DNA of 64,000 nt, from contig MCFH01000067.1 of NCBI GenBank assembly GCA_002104945.1, positions 62,001 to 126,000 of the forward strand, in the 5' to 3' direction. Under the pieces are notes generated by a model that made no database searches, had not been told where the DNA came from, and saw nothing but the letters and a program-made list of their open reading frames with translations. The DNA comes from Piromyces finnis finn (Eukaryota; Fungi; Neocallimastigomycota). The translations under genes and the position numbers were made by a program. Position 1 is the first letter of the stretch. The number at the start of each line of letters is the position of its first letter. Positions 37,421 to 48,532 of the stretch are shown in pieces.

Positions 37421-39520
37421 TTATATTCTTATTCTATCGGTGAAATAAATATGAAAAATTTCAAACTTTTTAATTATATCATGATTGGAGAGTGGACATT
37501 TTTTTCTTGAGATAAGAATAAACTCTATGATGAGGTTAAAGTAATACCTTGGATTTATATCTGGTATAATTTTTATTTTGGAAGTGAGATGCTCACTTAT
37601 GACTAATGAAGAAATAAGATAACTATCAACAATAATATCTTTTATACTACGCATACCCAATAAATTTTTTGGTATAGTTTGTAATTTATTATTACGCATA
37701 TCTAATTTTTCTAATAAACCAAGGTTAGCAATAAATAAAGGTATTTCCGTTAATTGATTATTACTTATATTTATTTCTTTTGTATTACTATTGTTTACTA
37801 TGTCATAGGGTAGTCTTTTCAACCCCCTGTTCCTTAAATTTATTATATTACTGACATTTATGTAATACATTATAGATAAAGGTTTATCTATATTGATTTC
37901 TACTAAACTAGTTAAATTATTCATTTCCTTTGGTAATTCTGTTAAATCATTGTTATCCCAAAGACGAAATATTTTTAATTTGGATAAATTTCCTATTTCT
38001 TTTGGCAATTCTTTTATATAGTTTTCAGTAATATTTAAATAGTTTAGACTCTTTAAATCACCTATTTCCTTTGGTAACTCCTTTATATTATTAATATCAA
38101 GATTTAATTTTAACAATTTTTGAAGTTTTCCTATTTCTTTTGGAATTACTTCTATATTATTATCAGAAGCGTTAAGAACTCTTAAATTTTTCAAATTTCC
38201 TATTTCAGCTGGTAATTCTATGATATAATTTCTTGATAGATTTAATATTTGTAACCCTGTTAAACCTTCTATTTCTTTTGGTAACGAATTTAGTCCACAA
38301 CATTCAAGACTTAATTTAGTTAGTTTTTTTAGTTGTCCTATTGTTTTTGGTAATTCGTTTATTGTGTTATATCTAATATCTATTTCTTCTACATTGCTTA
38401 ATTTTCCCATACTTTCCGTAAAATCTCTTATTTTATTTGAATGCAATGTTAATTGAACTAAGTTGGTTAGATCTTCTATTCCCCATGGTATATACATCAT
38501 TTCACTATTATCAGCAAAAAAATATTTTAAATTTTTTAAATATCCTATACTTCTTGGGTATACGGCAGTCACTTGATTATAACGAATATTAAATAGGATC
38601 AAATTATTTAAATTACCTATTTCATATGGTATAGTCTTTATTTTATTATTAGACACAATTAATTTTTTTAAATTGCTTAATTTTCCTATTTCTCTTGGAA
38701 GTTCCTTTAACCGATTCATATTAGCATTTAATTCAACTAAATTGTGTAAATTTCCTATTGTATTTGGTAATGATCTTATTTTATTATTGTTAAGATTCAG
38801 TTCTTTTAAACTAGATAATTTTCCTATTTCATCAGTCAAATCCCAAATTTTATTACATTGAAGATTTAAATAAATTAAATTTTTTAGATTTCCTATTTCA
38901 GAAGGTATATATCTAATTTTATTTTCTTCAAGATTTAAATGCGTTAAACTGGTTAAATTTCCTATCTCTTCTGGTAAATCATTAATTTCATTTTCTTCAA
39001 AATTTAAATGGGTTAAATTGGTTAAGTTTCCTATTTCTTTTGGTATAGTAACAGATTGTCTTTTAAATTTATTTTTTCTAACGTTTAAACTCTTTAAATT
39101 AGTTAAGTTTCCTATTTCTTTTGGTAATTCCAAAATTTTATTTTCTGCAATATTTAAATGGGTTAGTTTACTTAAATTTTCTATTTCTTTTGGCAATTCT
39201 TTTAGATAATTACACTCTAAATCCAAACTTTGTATTTCTTTCAACTTAAGAATGGCTTTTGGAATTTTAGTTAATTTTAAAGAATGGAGTTCCAATTCCT
39301 CTATATTTTTTGCAGTTTTCAATAAACTGGTAAGATCTCTACCTATTTTATCGGCTTGAGATTGGTCATTATTAATTATTAATTTTTTTAAATTTGAAAA
39401 TTTAAGTTCCTTTATAGGTATACTTTTAAATTCATCCATCATGACATCAATTAATTCTTTGTCATACTTTCCAAGATCTATATCTGGAGTTTTTGTCTCT
39501 GAATTATCATTTATTACCAT
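37421..39520 (-). CDS. Intronless LRR protein with more than 20 23-aa repeats (LPxEIGNLxxLxxLxLxxNxI); the C-terminus may splice into the downstream ATPase domains
   Basis: 699-aa ORF. No signal peptide. Candidate donor AAG|GTATTA at 37548/37547. Confidence 0.85.
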   Translation of the reverse strand: MVINDNSETKTPDIDLGKYDKELIDVMMDEFKSIPIKELKFSNLKKLIINNDQSQADKIGRDLTSLLKTAKNIEELELHSLKLTKIPKAILKLKEIQSLDLECNYLKELPKEIENLSKLTHLNIAENKILELPKEIGNLTNLKSLNVRKNKFKRQSVTIPKEIGNLTNLTHLNFEENEINDLPEEIGNLTSLTHLNLEENKIRYIPSEIGNLKNLIYLNLQCNKIWDLTDEIGKLSSLKELNLNNNKIRSLPNTIGNLHNLVELNANMNRLKELPREIGKLSNLKKLIVSNNKIKTIPYEIGNLNNLILFNIRYNQVTAVYPRSIGYLKNLKYFFADNSEMMYIPWGIEDLTNLVQLTLHSNKIRDFTESMGKLSNVEEIDIRYNTINELPKTIGQLKKLTKLSLECCGLNSLPKEIEGLTGLQILNLSRNYIIELPAEIGNLKNLRVLNASDNNIEVIPKEIGKLQKLLKLNLDINNIKELPKEIGDLKSLNYLNITENYIKELPKEIGNLSKLKIFRLWDNNDLTELPKEMNNLTSLVEINIDKPLSIMYYINVSNIINLRNRGLKRLPYDIVNNSNTKEINISNNQLTEIPLFIANLGLLEKLDMRNNKLQTIPKNLLGMRSIKDIIVDSYLISSLVISEHLTSKIKIIPDINPRYYFNLIIEFILISRKKCPLSNHDIIKKFEIFHIYFTDRIRI

Positions 39521-40760
39521 TGTTATATTGAAAAATAATCCTTTTCTTTTTTACACTTGTAAAAATATGTAATTATTACCAATTAAACCTTTCAATTGAC
39601 TTTGTATTATAAAAAAAATATCACTATTCTTTTTTTTAATTAATTAATTAATTTTTTATTTAATTAATTTATTGGCTTTTTTTGTTTATATAAAAAAAGA
39701 AAAATTTAAATTTTTTTTAATTTAAATTCTTTTTGTATTTTTTTTATTTGTCCGTTTTTTTAGTATTATCTTCAATGTGATGTGACAAATACAAAAAAAA
39801 AAAAAAAAGAAAACATTATGTAGATGTATAAATAGTGTGTATAAATAGTGTGTATATTCATTTTATTAATTATTATTTTTATTATTTATATTTATATTTA
39901 ATTTATTATTATTATTATTCTCTATTTTTTGTTTGTTTGTTATTACTCCTACTCTATCTTTTATCACAAAAAAACGTCATTGCTAGAGATGAAATGAATT
40001 TTATATATTTATTGTGGAAATTGTTCATCTATACCATTTAAAAAAAAAAAGTTACTAATATTATTATAAAACACTTTTTATGCTGATACTAACAATACTG
40101 CCTTAAAAAGTTTAAAAAAATTGAATGAAAATTAAAAATAATATAATTTAAAATTTTAAAAAGTGGTAATTTTAAAAAATATTATTTTTTATTATTAAAA
40201 AAAGATTAGAATATTCTGATATTCTGAATGAAATTACTCATTTTTTTTTATAAATAAAATCATTCTTTTACATTTTAAATAATTGTTTTTATTATTCTAA
40301 TTATTTTTTTTTTATATTATTATTAAATATTATGTTTTATTTATATATATCTTTATTTTTTATATATATCTTTATAAAAAGATTAAAGATTTTACATGGT
40401 TAAACTCTGCTCAATTATAATATAATAATCTTTTTTATATTTAAAGTATAAAATTTAGTGTCTATGATAAGATTATAAGAATTAAAAGGATAAAAAAAAA
40501 AAAAAAAATTCATTTGTTTATTTAATAATAATAATAAAAATGTTAATAGTACTATAATAATACTATAAAATATTATAAAAAAAAAAAAAAATAAAGGATA
40601 TTAAAATTTAAAGTTAATATTTCAAAATTTGAATTATCAAAATTTAAAATTATTAGATCAAGTACAAAACGGAAGGATTCGTGTTCTTACCGATAAAGGT
40701 TATATTATATATACTATGAATTAAGTAGAAACAACTTAAGCTTTTATTACTTAGAGTGAT

Positions 40761-41331
40761 TTTTTTTTTTTTTTATTTTTTTTTTTTTTTTTTTTTAACT
40801 TCCGAGTGCATTTCTCCCATCGATCAGAGTTAGCTCCAATGGTGGTTCTTAGAGAAACGTTGGCTCATTCCTATTGCTAGGTGGTTGTGACCCTCCTGGT
40901 CTGTCATACTGTTTCTTCAGCTTCGACGCTCACTTAATCCATGTACATTAGATGCATGTCGTTGTACGATATTTCACAACTACAATGCTAAGCCTCTTAT
41001 AGTCAATTTGATCACGTGTCAACCGCCCCCTAATGTTTACACTTAAATTGATTAAGGAATATTATGTGTTTTTGGCATAGCCTAAGTCACCACTTATTAA
41101 GTTCTAATTTGGAATGTACCATGTACACTAGACCCTCTCAGGCCGGCTAGACGAGTGTTATTATCATAGTAGTAAATTAGAAAGTTCATTTATACTTACC
41201 TGAATATCATAACCCAACCCATGGCAAACCCAGTGGGAAAATCCACAGGCACTGACATCTGCGGGGTCGAACCAGAAGCCTTATGTATGCTAAGGAAACG
41301 CCTTAACAACCAGGATAAAAACTGGAACGAC
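40761..41331 (-). mobile_element. SINE-like element 1: tRNA-like head, LINE-1-derived segment, poly-A; 12-13-bp TSD whose right copy is split by the Gypsy element
   Basis: TSD acttagagtgat(t) at 40749-40760 versus 41332-41339 plus 49247-49251. B-box ggttcgacccc. 40891-40931 resembles LINE-1 19477-19517. Confidence 0.8.
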
Positions 41332-41339
41332 ACTTAGAG

Positions 41340-42049
41340 TGTTAAGGAACCAACAAATAATGTTATTCTTGTCATAATTAATGATTATGACCTAATCCAT
41401 TCATTATTGTTCCTAAATGTATGAAAACTTTACAATATTCTTATTTGTAAATTAATGTATACACTTAAATTATATTTAAAATTATTAATAATTATTTTTT
41501 ATTGAACTTAAATTTTATTTTATTAAACTTAAAAATTAATTTAGTAATAATAATATATTGAAAATTATAGTTTATTGAACTTTTAGTTTAATTTATCAAG
41601 TTAATGAATTTTTATTAATTAAAATTATGAATAATATTTCTGTAAAATAGTAAAATTTTTTAGTTAAATATATTTAAAGTAAACTTTTAATGTATGTTAA
41701 TCAATTTAATAATATGTATAAATATTTATTATAATAGTAATGTAATTTTATTATTCATTTTAAAGTAATTTAAATACTAAAATTATGTAAATAATTAAAG
41801 ACTAATTCTTTTAATTAACACTACTTAATTTTTTACAAAAAGTATAAAAAGGTGTATATTATAAGAATTAGAGAAAATACAGATATTTTTATTTTTATTT
41901 TTATTTTATTTTATAATTTTATATTAATATCTTAATAAAACAATTTTATTAATAAAACAATTTTTCTTATTTCATTTTAATATTATTTTTGAGTATTAAT
42001 AAATTTATTAATATTTTATAAATAAAAGTAAATTCCTCGAACCGTAACA
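41340..42049 (+). repeat. 5' LTR (710 bp)
   Basis: tgttaaggaacc...gaaccgtaaca; no differences from the 3' LTR were seen. Confidence 0.95.
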
Positions 42050-42056
42050 TAAAAAT

Positions 42057-42074
42057 TGGTGGAGATATCGGGGA
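42057..42074 (+). promoter_or_regulatory. Primer-binding site, tRNA-Ala-like
   Basis: tggtggagatatcgggga lies 7 nt after the LTR and is complementary to ...UCCCCGAUAUCUCCACCA. The isoacceptor assignment is from recalled tRNA 3' ends. Confidence 0.65.
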
Positions 42075-43584
42075 ATAATATTAATAAAAATTATTAATAC
42101 ATAGGATAAAGTAATATTAAAATATTACTAAAATATTATATAAATTTCTTAAAAATTTATTACCCTTCAAAGTTATAGGTAATATTTATATTACTGTTGA
42201 AGCTTTAAGGTATAATATTTTAGTAGAACTGAATTAGTACGCTTTAGAAGCAGTACTTATTTAGGAATTAGTGGTTAAGTTTTTAGGTCTAGTTTATCTT
42301 TCACAGTAGGATACTGGAAAGCGCTGAACCTTTCTATTTTGCTAGAGAAATAGAAGTGCCTCGCATAATTGCTACATGACACTGGTAATACGGTAAGCTG
42401 GGCAATTGTGAACTACTTAAGCACCCTAAATAAGTATTGGAAAATTGCTGTGAAATGCTGTTCTACTATACTTATTATTGTAATTCAAATTTTTAATAAA
42501 TTAAATATTATTTTAGTATTTATAATTTTTTAAAAAAAAAAAAAAATATTTTTTTTTAATTGAACGATTTTTAAAAATTATTCTTTTTAAAATATAAATA
42601 AATAATTCGAAAGTGACCCTTAGCGTGGCAAGTTAAACTGCTGTACGTAATACTTTGGTGTTCAATTATATCTGATAATTGGGGAAGATAATCAATTATT
42701 TTCTTTCCGCTAATTAAGTTAGTGATAATAAAGAAATTAATTACGTTACTTCCTTTTATTAAATTATATTTAATATTAACCATCGGGTATATTTGTGGCT
42801 TATCATCAAAGAGCTACGAGGGATTTTCACTTAGAATTACACAACCTATAATACTTGATGGTTTAACATTATATAGGTTGGCTTATATTTTTATAAAAAG
42901 AAATAAGTTTTTAAAAAAATAATTAATTAAAAAAAAAAAAAAAAAAAAATATAGATATATATATCTATTCTTTTTGTTGATTCTCTTCGAGTAATTTAAT
43001 ATTGCTAATTGAAATATTCTTTTCTTACTGTTTTAAGTTAAACAAGTTATATCAGCATAGACAAGCATTATTAACTAATCAACAGAGGTATACTAGGGGT
43101 GGTAGAAAGATCCTGAAGCACGTGACGGAACTTAGATCGTGTGAATAAGGTGACGGCAACATTTACCATTTGACGAAAGACTCTTAGTTAATAGTCTATT
43201 ATATATAATTTGGTCGGTAACTTGAATCAGTAATAACAATATTAAATTAAAATTCTTGCTAGTAAATTGAAAACAAATAATAATTAACTATAAGAAAAAC
43301 AGAAAACAAAAGTAATAATTTCATCTTTTCTGACTGAACTAAGATAGTAAGGAGTGATACTAAAAATTTAAATAAATAATTGGTAGTACGTGCTGTGCTA
43401 GATTATTTGTATCTCATTCTGTCAAGTGGTCGATAAAGGAATTTCGAGCTTGGTTACAACTAATAAGTGGTCGATAAAGGAATTTCGAACTTATAATTTT
43501 TTTTTTAGACTATCAAAGGTATTTTTGAGTCTATACTGTGTCATCTTGTACTGCAATAAATTCGGTCAAGGAAAATACAAGAAA

Positions 43585-44466
43585 ATGAGCAATTCTACTA
43601 CAAGGATAGATTTCAAGGAGTTGAAGAAGGAACTCAAGGATATAGAAAAACTTTCCAAAGATAATTTGGACATAAGATCCTGGGCTTCTGAAATAAGTTT
43701 ATGGATTGAACTTCAAGATATCACTAGTGCCAAGAAAATTTACATGGCATGTGTGCTTACTTCTAAGGGTGAACCAAGAAAGGTAATCCAAGAGTTGGAA
43801 GATAAAGACAGTGATAGTGAAGATGAATATGAAAGTGAAAATGAAGAAGAGAATCAGAAAAATGAATCTAATGAAGAAGATTATCCCTCACTTGGGAAAA
43901 TTATCAATGCCCTTGAAACATTTTATGGGTTAAAAGAAGATCAAAGTATGTTATTACGGGAACTAAGAAGACTACGTATAAGAAGAAATGAATCAGTTAA
44001 AGATTTCAATAGAAGATATAGATCTTTATATTTAAAGTTGGATAAGAAAAAGAAGAAGCAGATTAGTGTGTTAGATTATGCAGATTCTTTACAAAATAAT
44101 AAAGAAGCATGGAGAAAAGTATCTTTAAAAGATGATATCACTCTAGAAAAGGCCTTTAAGATAGCTGAGAAGGTAGATAGGTTATCTACTAGAATAGATA
44201 ATGATGGTAATCTACCAACGACTACTGCAATAACCAAAAGTTATAATAATTTTCAACCATACAAGAGAAAAGTTTCTTTTACTGAAGCCAAAAAGCCTAA
44301 TAAAGATGATGAAATGAATAACCTAGTCAAGAAAATGAAAAATTTAACTATTAAAGCTTGTTTCTTCTGTAGTGAACCTGGTCATTATCAACAAAATTGC
44401 CCAAAACTTCAAGCCATTATTGAAGGAAACAAGAAGCGTTATTATGATAATCATTTAAATCATTAA
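43585..44466 (+). CDS. gag: Gag with C-terminal CCHC zinc knuckle
   Basis: First ATG in ORF 43426-44466 (MSNSTTRIDF). CFFCSEPGHYQQNC knuckle. Confidence 0.85.
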   Translation: MSNSTTRIDFKELKKELKDIEKLSKDNLDIRSWASEISLWIELQDITSAKKIYMACVLTSKGEPRKVIQELEDKDSDSEDEYESENEEENQKNESNEEDYPSLGKIINALETFYGLKEDQSMLLRELRRLRIRRNESVKDFNRRYRSLYLKLDKKKKKQISVLDYADSLQNNKEAWRKVSLKDDITLEKAFKIAEKVDRLSTRIDNDGNLPTTTAITKSYNNFQPYKRKVSFTEAKKPNKDDEMNNLVKKMKNLTIKACFFCSEPGHYQQNCPKLQAIIEGNKKRYYDNHLNH

Positions 44467-47400
44467 GTGGGAGAAGAAGCACTCCCATCGTCAATAAAAT
44501 AGCTTCAGCTCAGTATCAGTCAATGCCAAGTGAAGAAACAACAAGCCAGAGTGATTGGTCGAAAGAAGAATATGATGAAGAAATCGAAAGTGACTTTGAA
44601 GATACTGATATTAATGAACAGTTCTTTGTATGTGCTAATAAAAGGAAGTTGGATAAAATAAGCAAAGAACAAGATGGTAATAAAGAAAAACGACTTCACA
44701 AAAACTTGAAAAATGATCCTAGACCTATTCTTACACCTGCTCTTAGGAAACGTAAAGCACAAGAATTAGAAAATATACCAATAGATGTTTCTCCTAAGCA
44801 ACTGCATCCTTCTATTATTGCTCAACCGAATATCAGAGAACAAAAACTAAAAGAAAGAAAACTTCGGGATAAAGAGCGTGCTAGTAGTAGTGAACAAAAG
44901 GAAGAAGAAAAGAATGAATTGGCAAGTTCTAATGAAGATCCTATTATTATCGACTATGATGAAGAAGAAATGTTGTCTGCAATTACAGATAAGAAAGGTG
45001 CTAAGGTGGTAGAGAAAGATAACACAAGTGAATCAACCAAATCTACTTCTAATTCAACTCTAAATAAATTAATGAAAGAGCAAAAGAAAGAAAAACCTGC
45101 AGAATCGAAGGTTAAGAAAACTGCTAGAAATATTCAAATGATAGCAGATACGGAAGAATATAATGTAGTTAAAGATCTTAACGAAACAAAATGCAATATT
45201 ACTTTTGGTCAATTACTTAACTCGGCTCCAAAGTTACGAACGCAAGTGTCACAAGGTCTTAAACTGGAAAAGAACAACACAAAAATTGTGGGAGCTCTGG
45301 AGAATTTTAATGCTACTTCGGTATTAGTAAATAATGTAGATCATTTGTATGTAAGCAAAAGTAAAGAAGTATCAGAAGAAGATATCGCTATGGTAGATGC
45401 AACGGTTGATGGGGTACCAGGTAAATTATTAGTTGATTCCTGTAGCAACTTAAGTATTATAACAAAAAAATATTTAGATAAACTTCCCCATCAATATGAA
45501 TCTATTGGATTGAGTTGTGGAAGAATACGTTTAGCTACTAAAAATGATGACTATTCGGAAGGTATAATTATTAGAGTACCGGTCCAGATAAATGATCTTA
45601 CAATCACTGCTGATTTTAGAGTGGTGGATAAAGAAGACCCCTTTTATGATATGTTAATTAATTTGAAAACCCAAATGGATAACAACTTATTTATCCACCC
45701 ACTTCGCTATAGTCTTTGCAGATTTAATTCAAATGGATTTATTGAAGATATTGCTCCAATTAATAACAAATATGATGATGAAGAAAAGATTATGTGTATG
45801 ATACGTAGAGTCGGTGATGAAGATTTTAAAAGTGATTTGAAAAATATTGAAGGTTTACCACCTTCAGAATATATTCACAATAAAAATTTTACTGAGACTC
45901 TTAATGAAAAGTATCGAGAACAAATTGTTCGGATATTGGAAGAGAATATTGAAATTATTGCTACTTCTTCTGAAGAACTAACACCTTCGAATTTAACTCC
46001 CCATAAGATTAATTTAAAGCCAGGAGCAAAGCCAATTAAACAAAGATCATATAGGTTAGCCAAGTTCAAATCTGATATACTTAAGGAAGAATTGTCTAAA
46101 TTGATTAATAAAAAGCTAATTGAGCCATCGTACTCGGAATGGTCTTCTCCGGTGGTTTTGGTCCCGAAGCATAATGGGAAATGGAGAATGTGCGTGGACT
46201 ATCGAAGAGTTAATGATTTGTCTGAAAAGGATGCCTATTCAATTCCTTTTATAGATGAGATATTTGATAGTTTACATGGTGCAACTATATTCACTACTAT
46301 GGACTTATATTCCGGCTATCATCAAATCCTTATGGATGAAGAAAGCGTTGAATTGACAAGTTTTACAACTAAGTTTGGAAATTACCAATTCAAGGTTATG
46401 CCTTTTGGTCTCACTGGAGCACCCGCTACATTTCAGAGGGAGATGAATCGGATTCTGTTTCCGTTAATTGGAAAGTGTGTTTATAACTTCATTGATGATA
46501 TTCTGATCTATTCAAAGAGTATTGAAGAACATATTGAACATATAAATCAAGTTTTAGCAATTTTCCGGGAAAACAAACTAAAAATCAATATTGAAAAATG
46601 TCATTTTATGCAAACTGAAGTTGACGTGTTAGGCCATCGTTTAACTACAGAAGGTCTTAAACCATTAGATAACAAAATCCAAGCTATAAAAAATTGGAAA
46701 CCTCCTTCGAATATCCATGAATTAAGATCATTCCTAGGTTCAATTGGATATTATAGAGATTTTATTCCTAATTATGCTAAACTTACTGCTCCCTTGTGTA
46801 AGCTGCTTAGAAAAGGTGTTCCTTTCAAATGGTGTAATGAACAACAAGAGAGTTTTATTATATTGAAAGAAAAGTTAATTAATGCGCCTATTCTGAAATT
46901 CCCTGATTTTGAGAAAGAATTTATAATCCGAACAGATGCATCGTATGAAGGAATCGGAGGAGTATTATTACAAAAGGAAGGCACAGATATTGAACATCCA
47001 ATTCATTATATTAGCCGAAGTCTGACGAAAGCAGAAAAAAATTATGGAATTACTGACTTGGAAGGGACTGCCTTATTTTACTGCATTACTAAATTAAAGC
47101 CTTATATAATGGGAAGTCCATTCAAGACTATCGTCTATACTGATCATAAACCATTAATTGGATTATTTAAAAATAAGGAGCCAAACAATGCAAGACAAAC
47201 AAGATGGTGTTTAACAGCTAGTATGCTAGGAGTTGATATTCGTTATGAACAAGGTAAAAAGAATGTTGTAGCAGATGCACTGTCTCGAATGAGAAATGAC
47301 AAAGATAAGGAAGTGTTAGCTACTAAAATTAATAAAGGTATAGAAGAAACCATGCTATCTAAGGTAATTAAAGAATTTGTTGAAGAAAAGTTCACCAAAA

Positions 47401-48509
47401 TAGATGGGGTGGATTACTTTATTGATGGAAGGAATTATCGAAAACTGATCACGGAAACCAATGAAAAGCTGAAATTGATTTTGGAAGCTCATAACATTGG
47501 ACATGAAGGATATTATAAAACTTATCAACGTCTGAGAAAAAGCTATTATTGGAACGACATGGTTAATGATATTCGAAGAGTTGTAGCCAAATGTGAAAAA
47601 TGCCAACTTAATCGCCCTCAACCATATCCAGAACCTACGGAAAATCTTCCAACTGAGGTTGAAGCTCCTTTCACTCATCTGGGTTTAGATATCATTGGTC
47701 CATTGGTAAAAACTCGTAACAATAACCAATATATTATAGTTGCAGTGGATCATTTCACAAAATGGGTCGAAGCAGAACCCACCGAAAATATCACTTCAAA
47801 GGATGTCATAAAATTTTTAATCAATGTTTTCTCTCGGCATGGAGTACCACAAGTCATTACAACCGATAACGGTGTCCAATTTACCTCAGATATGACCAAA
47901 GTTTTCCTGGACTTATATGATGTCTATGTCAAGTTTGTCTCAACTTATCATCCTGAAAGTAATGGTTTGACTGAAAATAGAAACAAAGAAATTGGAAAGC
48001 TTCTAAGACTGCTTGGAAAAGAAAACAAGGATTGGGATGAAATTTTGCCTTCTGCTCTTTGGGCGCTCAGAACTACTAAAAATACTGTCACAAACCATTC
48101 TAGTTTTGAATTGGTTTATGGAAGAGAAGATCAGCAACCCTTTGATATTGCCGCCAGACCTACTAAGGGTATTAATCAGTCTTCGGATGAAATCTTACTT
48201 GAGAAGTTTATTAATCATTACAGGTGGACGTTGGAAGCTTGTGAAAATATTAAAAATGCGAATAAATACTGGGCTACTAGAAGGGAAGAAAAACAAAGTA
48301 TGACTAAGGGCAAAAATATCCATATCGGTGATCTAGTATTAGTTAGAAATTTTAATCGAACGAAGTTAGAGCCTTATTTCGTTGGACCACTCAAAGTTGT
48401 CAAGAAACAATTCAATACTGTTACTTTAGCTGATATATCCACTGGAATTCAGATGAACCGAAATGTTCATCTTAAGAATATTGTAAAGTTTAACTCTGCT
48501 TTTGCGTAA
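44451..48509 (+). CDS. pol: Pol polyprotein (protease, RT, RNase H, integrase)
   Basis: LLVDSCSN (protease-like), WRMCVDYR, MPFGL, FIDDILIYS, TDASYEGIGGVL, HNIGH...CEKC, integrase core with DIIGP, TDNG, ENRNK. Confidence 0.95.
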   Translation, partial: SFKSLSGRRSTPIVNKIASAQYQSMPSEETTSQSDWSKEEYDEEIESDFEDTDINEQFFVCANKRKLDKISKEQDGNKEKRLHKNLKNDPRPILTPALRKRKAQELENIPIDVSPKQLHPSIIAQPNIREQKLKERKLRDKERASSSEQKEEEKNELASSNEDPIIIDYDEEEMLSAITDKKGAKVVEKDNTSESTKSTSNSTLNKLMKEQKKEKPAESKVKKTARNIQMIADTEEYNVVKDLNETKCNITFGQLLNSAPKLRTQVSQGLKLEKNNTKIVGALENFNATSVLVNNVDHLYVSKSKEVSEEDIAMVDATVDGVPGKLLVDSCSNLSIITKKYLDKLPHQYESIGLSCGRIRLATKNDDYSEGIIIRVPVQINDLTITADFRVVDKEDPFYDMLINLKTQMDNNLFIHPLRYSLCRFNSNGFIEDIAPINNKYDDEEKIMCMIRRVGDEDFKSDLKNIEGLPPSEYIHNKNFTETLNEKYREQIVRILEENIEIIATSSEELTPSNLTPHKINLKPGAKPIKQRSYRLAKFKSDILKEELSKLINKKLIEPSYSEWSSPVVLVPKHNGKWRMCVDYRRVNDLSEKDAYSIPFIDEIFDSLHGATIFTTMDLYSGYHQILMDEESVELTSFTTKFGNYQFKVMPFGLTGAPATFQREMNRILFPLIGKCVYNFIDDILIYSKSIEEHIEHINQVLAIFRENKLKINIEKCHFMQTEVDVLGHRLTTEGLKPLDNKIQAIKNWKPPSNIHELRSFLGSIGYYRDFIPNYAKLTAPLCKLLRKGVPFKWCNEQQESFIILKEKLINAPILKFPDFEKEFIIRTDASYEGIGGVLLQKEGTDIEHPIHYISRSLTKAEKNYGITDLEGTALFYCITKLKPYIMGSPFKTIVYTDHKPLIGLFKNKEPNNARQTRWCLTASMLGVDIRYEQGKKNVVADALSRMRNDKDKEVLATKINKGIEETMLSKVIKEFVEEKFTKIDGVDYFIDGRNYRKLITETNEKLKLILEAHNIGHEGYYKTYQRLRKSYYWNDMVNDIRRVVAKCEKCQLNRPQPYPEPTENLPTEVEAPFTHLGLDIIGPLVKTRNNNQYIIVAVDHFTKWVEAEPTENITSKDVIKFLINVFSRHGVPQVITTDNGVQFTSDMTKVFLDLYDVYVKFVSTYHPESNGLTENRNKEIGKLLRLLGKENKDWDEILPSALWALRTTKNTVTNHSSFELVYGREDQQPFDIAARPTKGINQSSDEILLEKFINHYRWTLEACENIKNANKYWATRREEKQSMTKGKNIHIGDLVLVRNFNRTKLEPYFVGPLKVVKKQFNTVTLADISTGIQMNRNVHLKNIVKFNSAFA
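44454..44506 (+). promoter_or_regulatory. -1 programmed ribosomal frameshift signal (slippery heptamer plus H-type pseudoknot)
   Basis: T TTA AAT in the gag frame at 44454-44460, a 6-nt spacer, stem gtgggag/ctcccat, and loop gaagc complementary to gcttc at 44502-44506. The pol frame is -1 and open from 44451. Confidence 0.75.
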
Positions 48510-48532
48510 GCAAGAGTCTTCGTGGGGGCACT

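Noticed and set aside
37421-39520. Bacterial contamination or chimeric contig for the intronless LRR gene
   Set aside because: Composition is continuous with the flanks, and the neighbours are intron-containing fungal genes.
41192-41331. U1 snRNA (atacttacctg on the + strand; also at 53465 and 24472)
   Set aside because: No U1-70K loop, U1A loop or Sm site follows. Poly-A and TSD orientation show the elements are transcribed from the - strand, where the motif reads as a splice donor.
43424-43488. CRISPR-like repeat-spacer-repeat
   Set aside because: Only two copies with a 17-nt gap, inside a retrotransposon of a eukaryote, and no cas genes.
44523-44525. ATG 44523 as an independent pol start
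   Set aside because: The frame is open upstream to a canonical -1 slippery site, so a Gag-Pol fusion is more likely.
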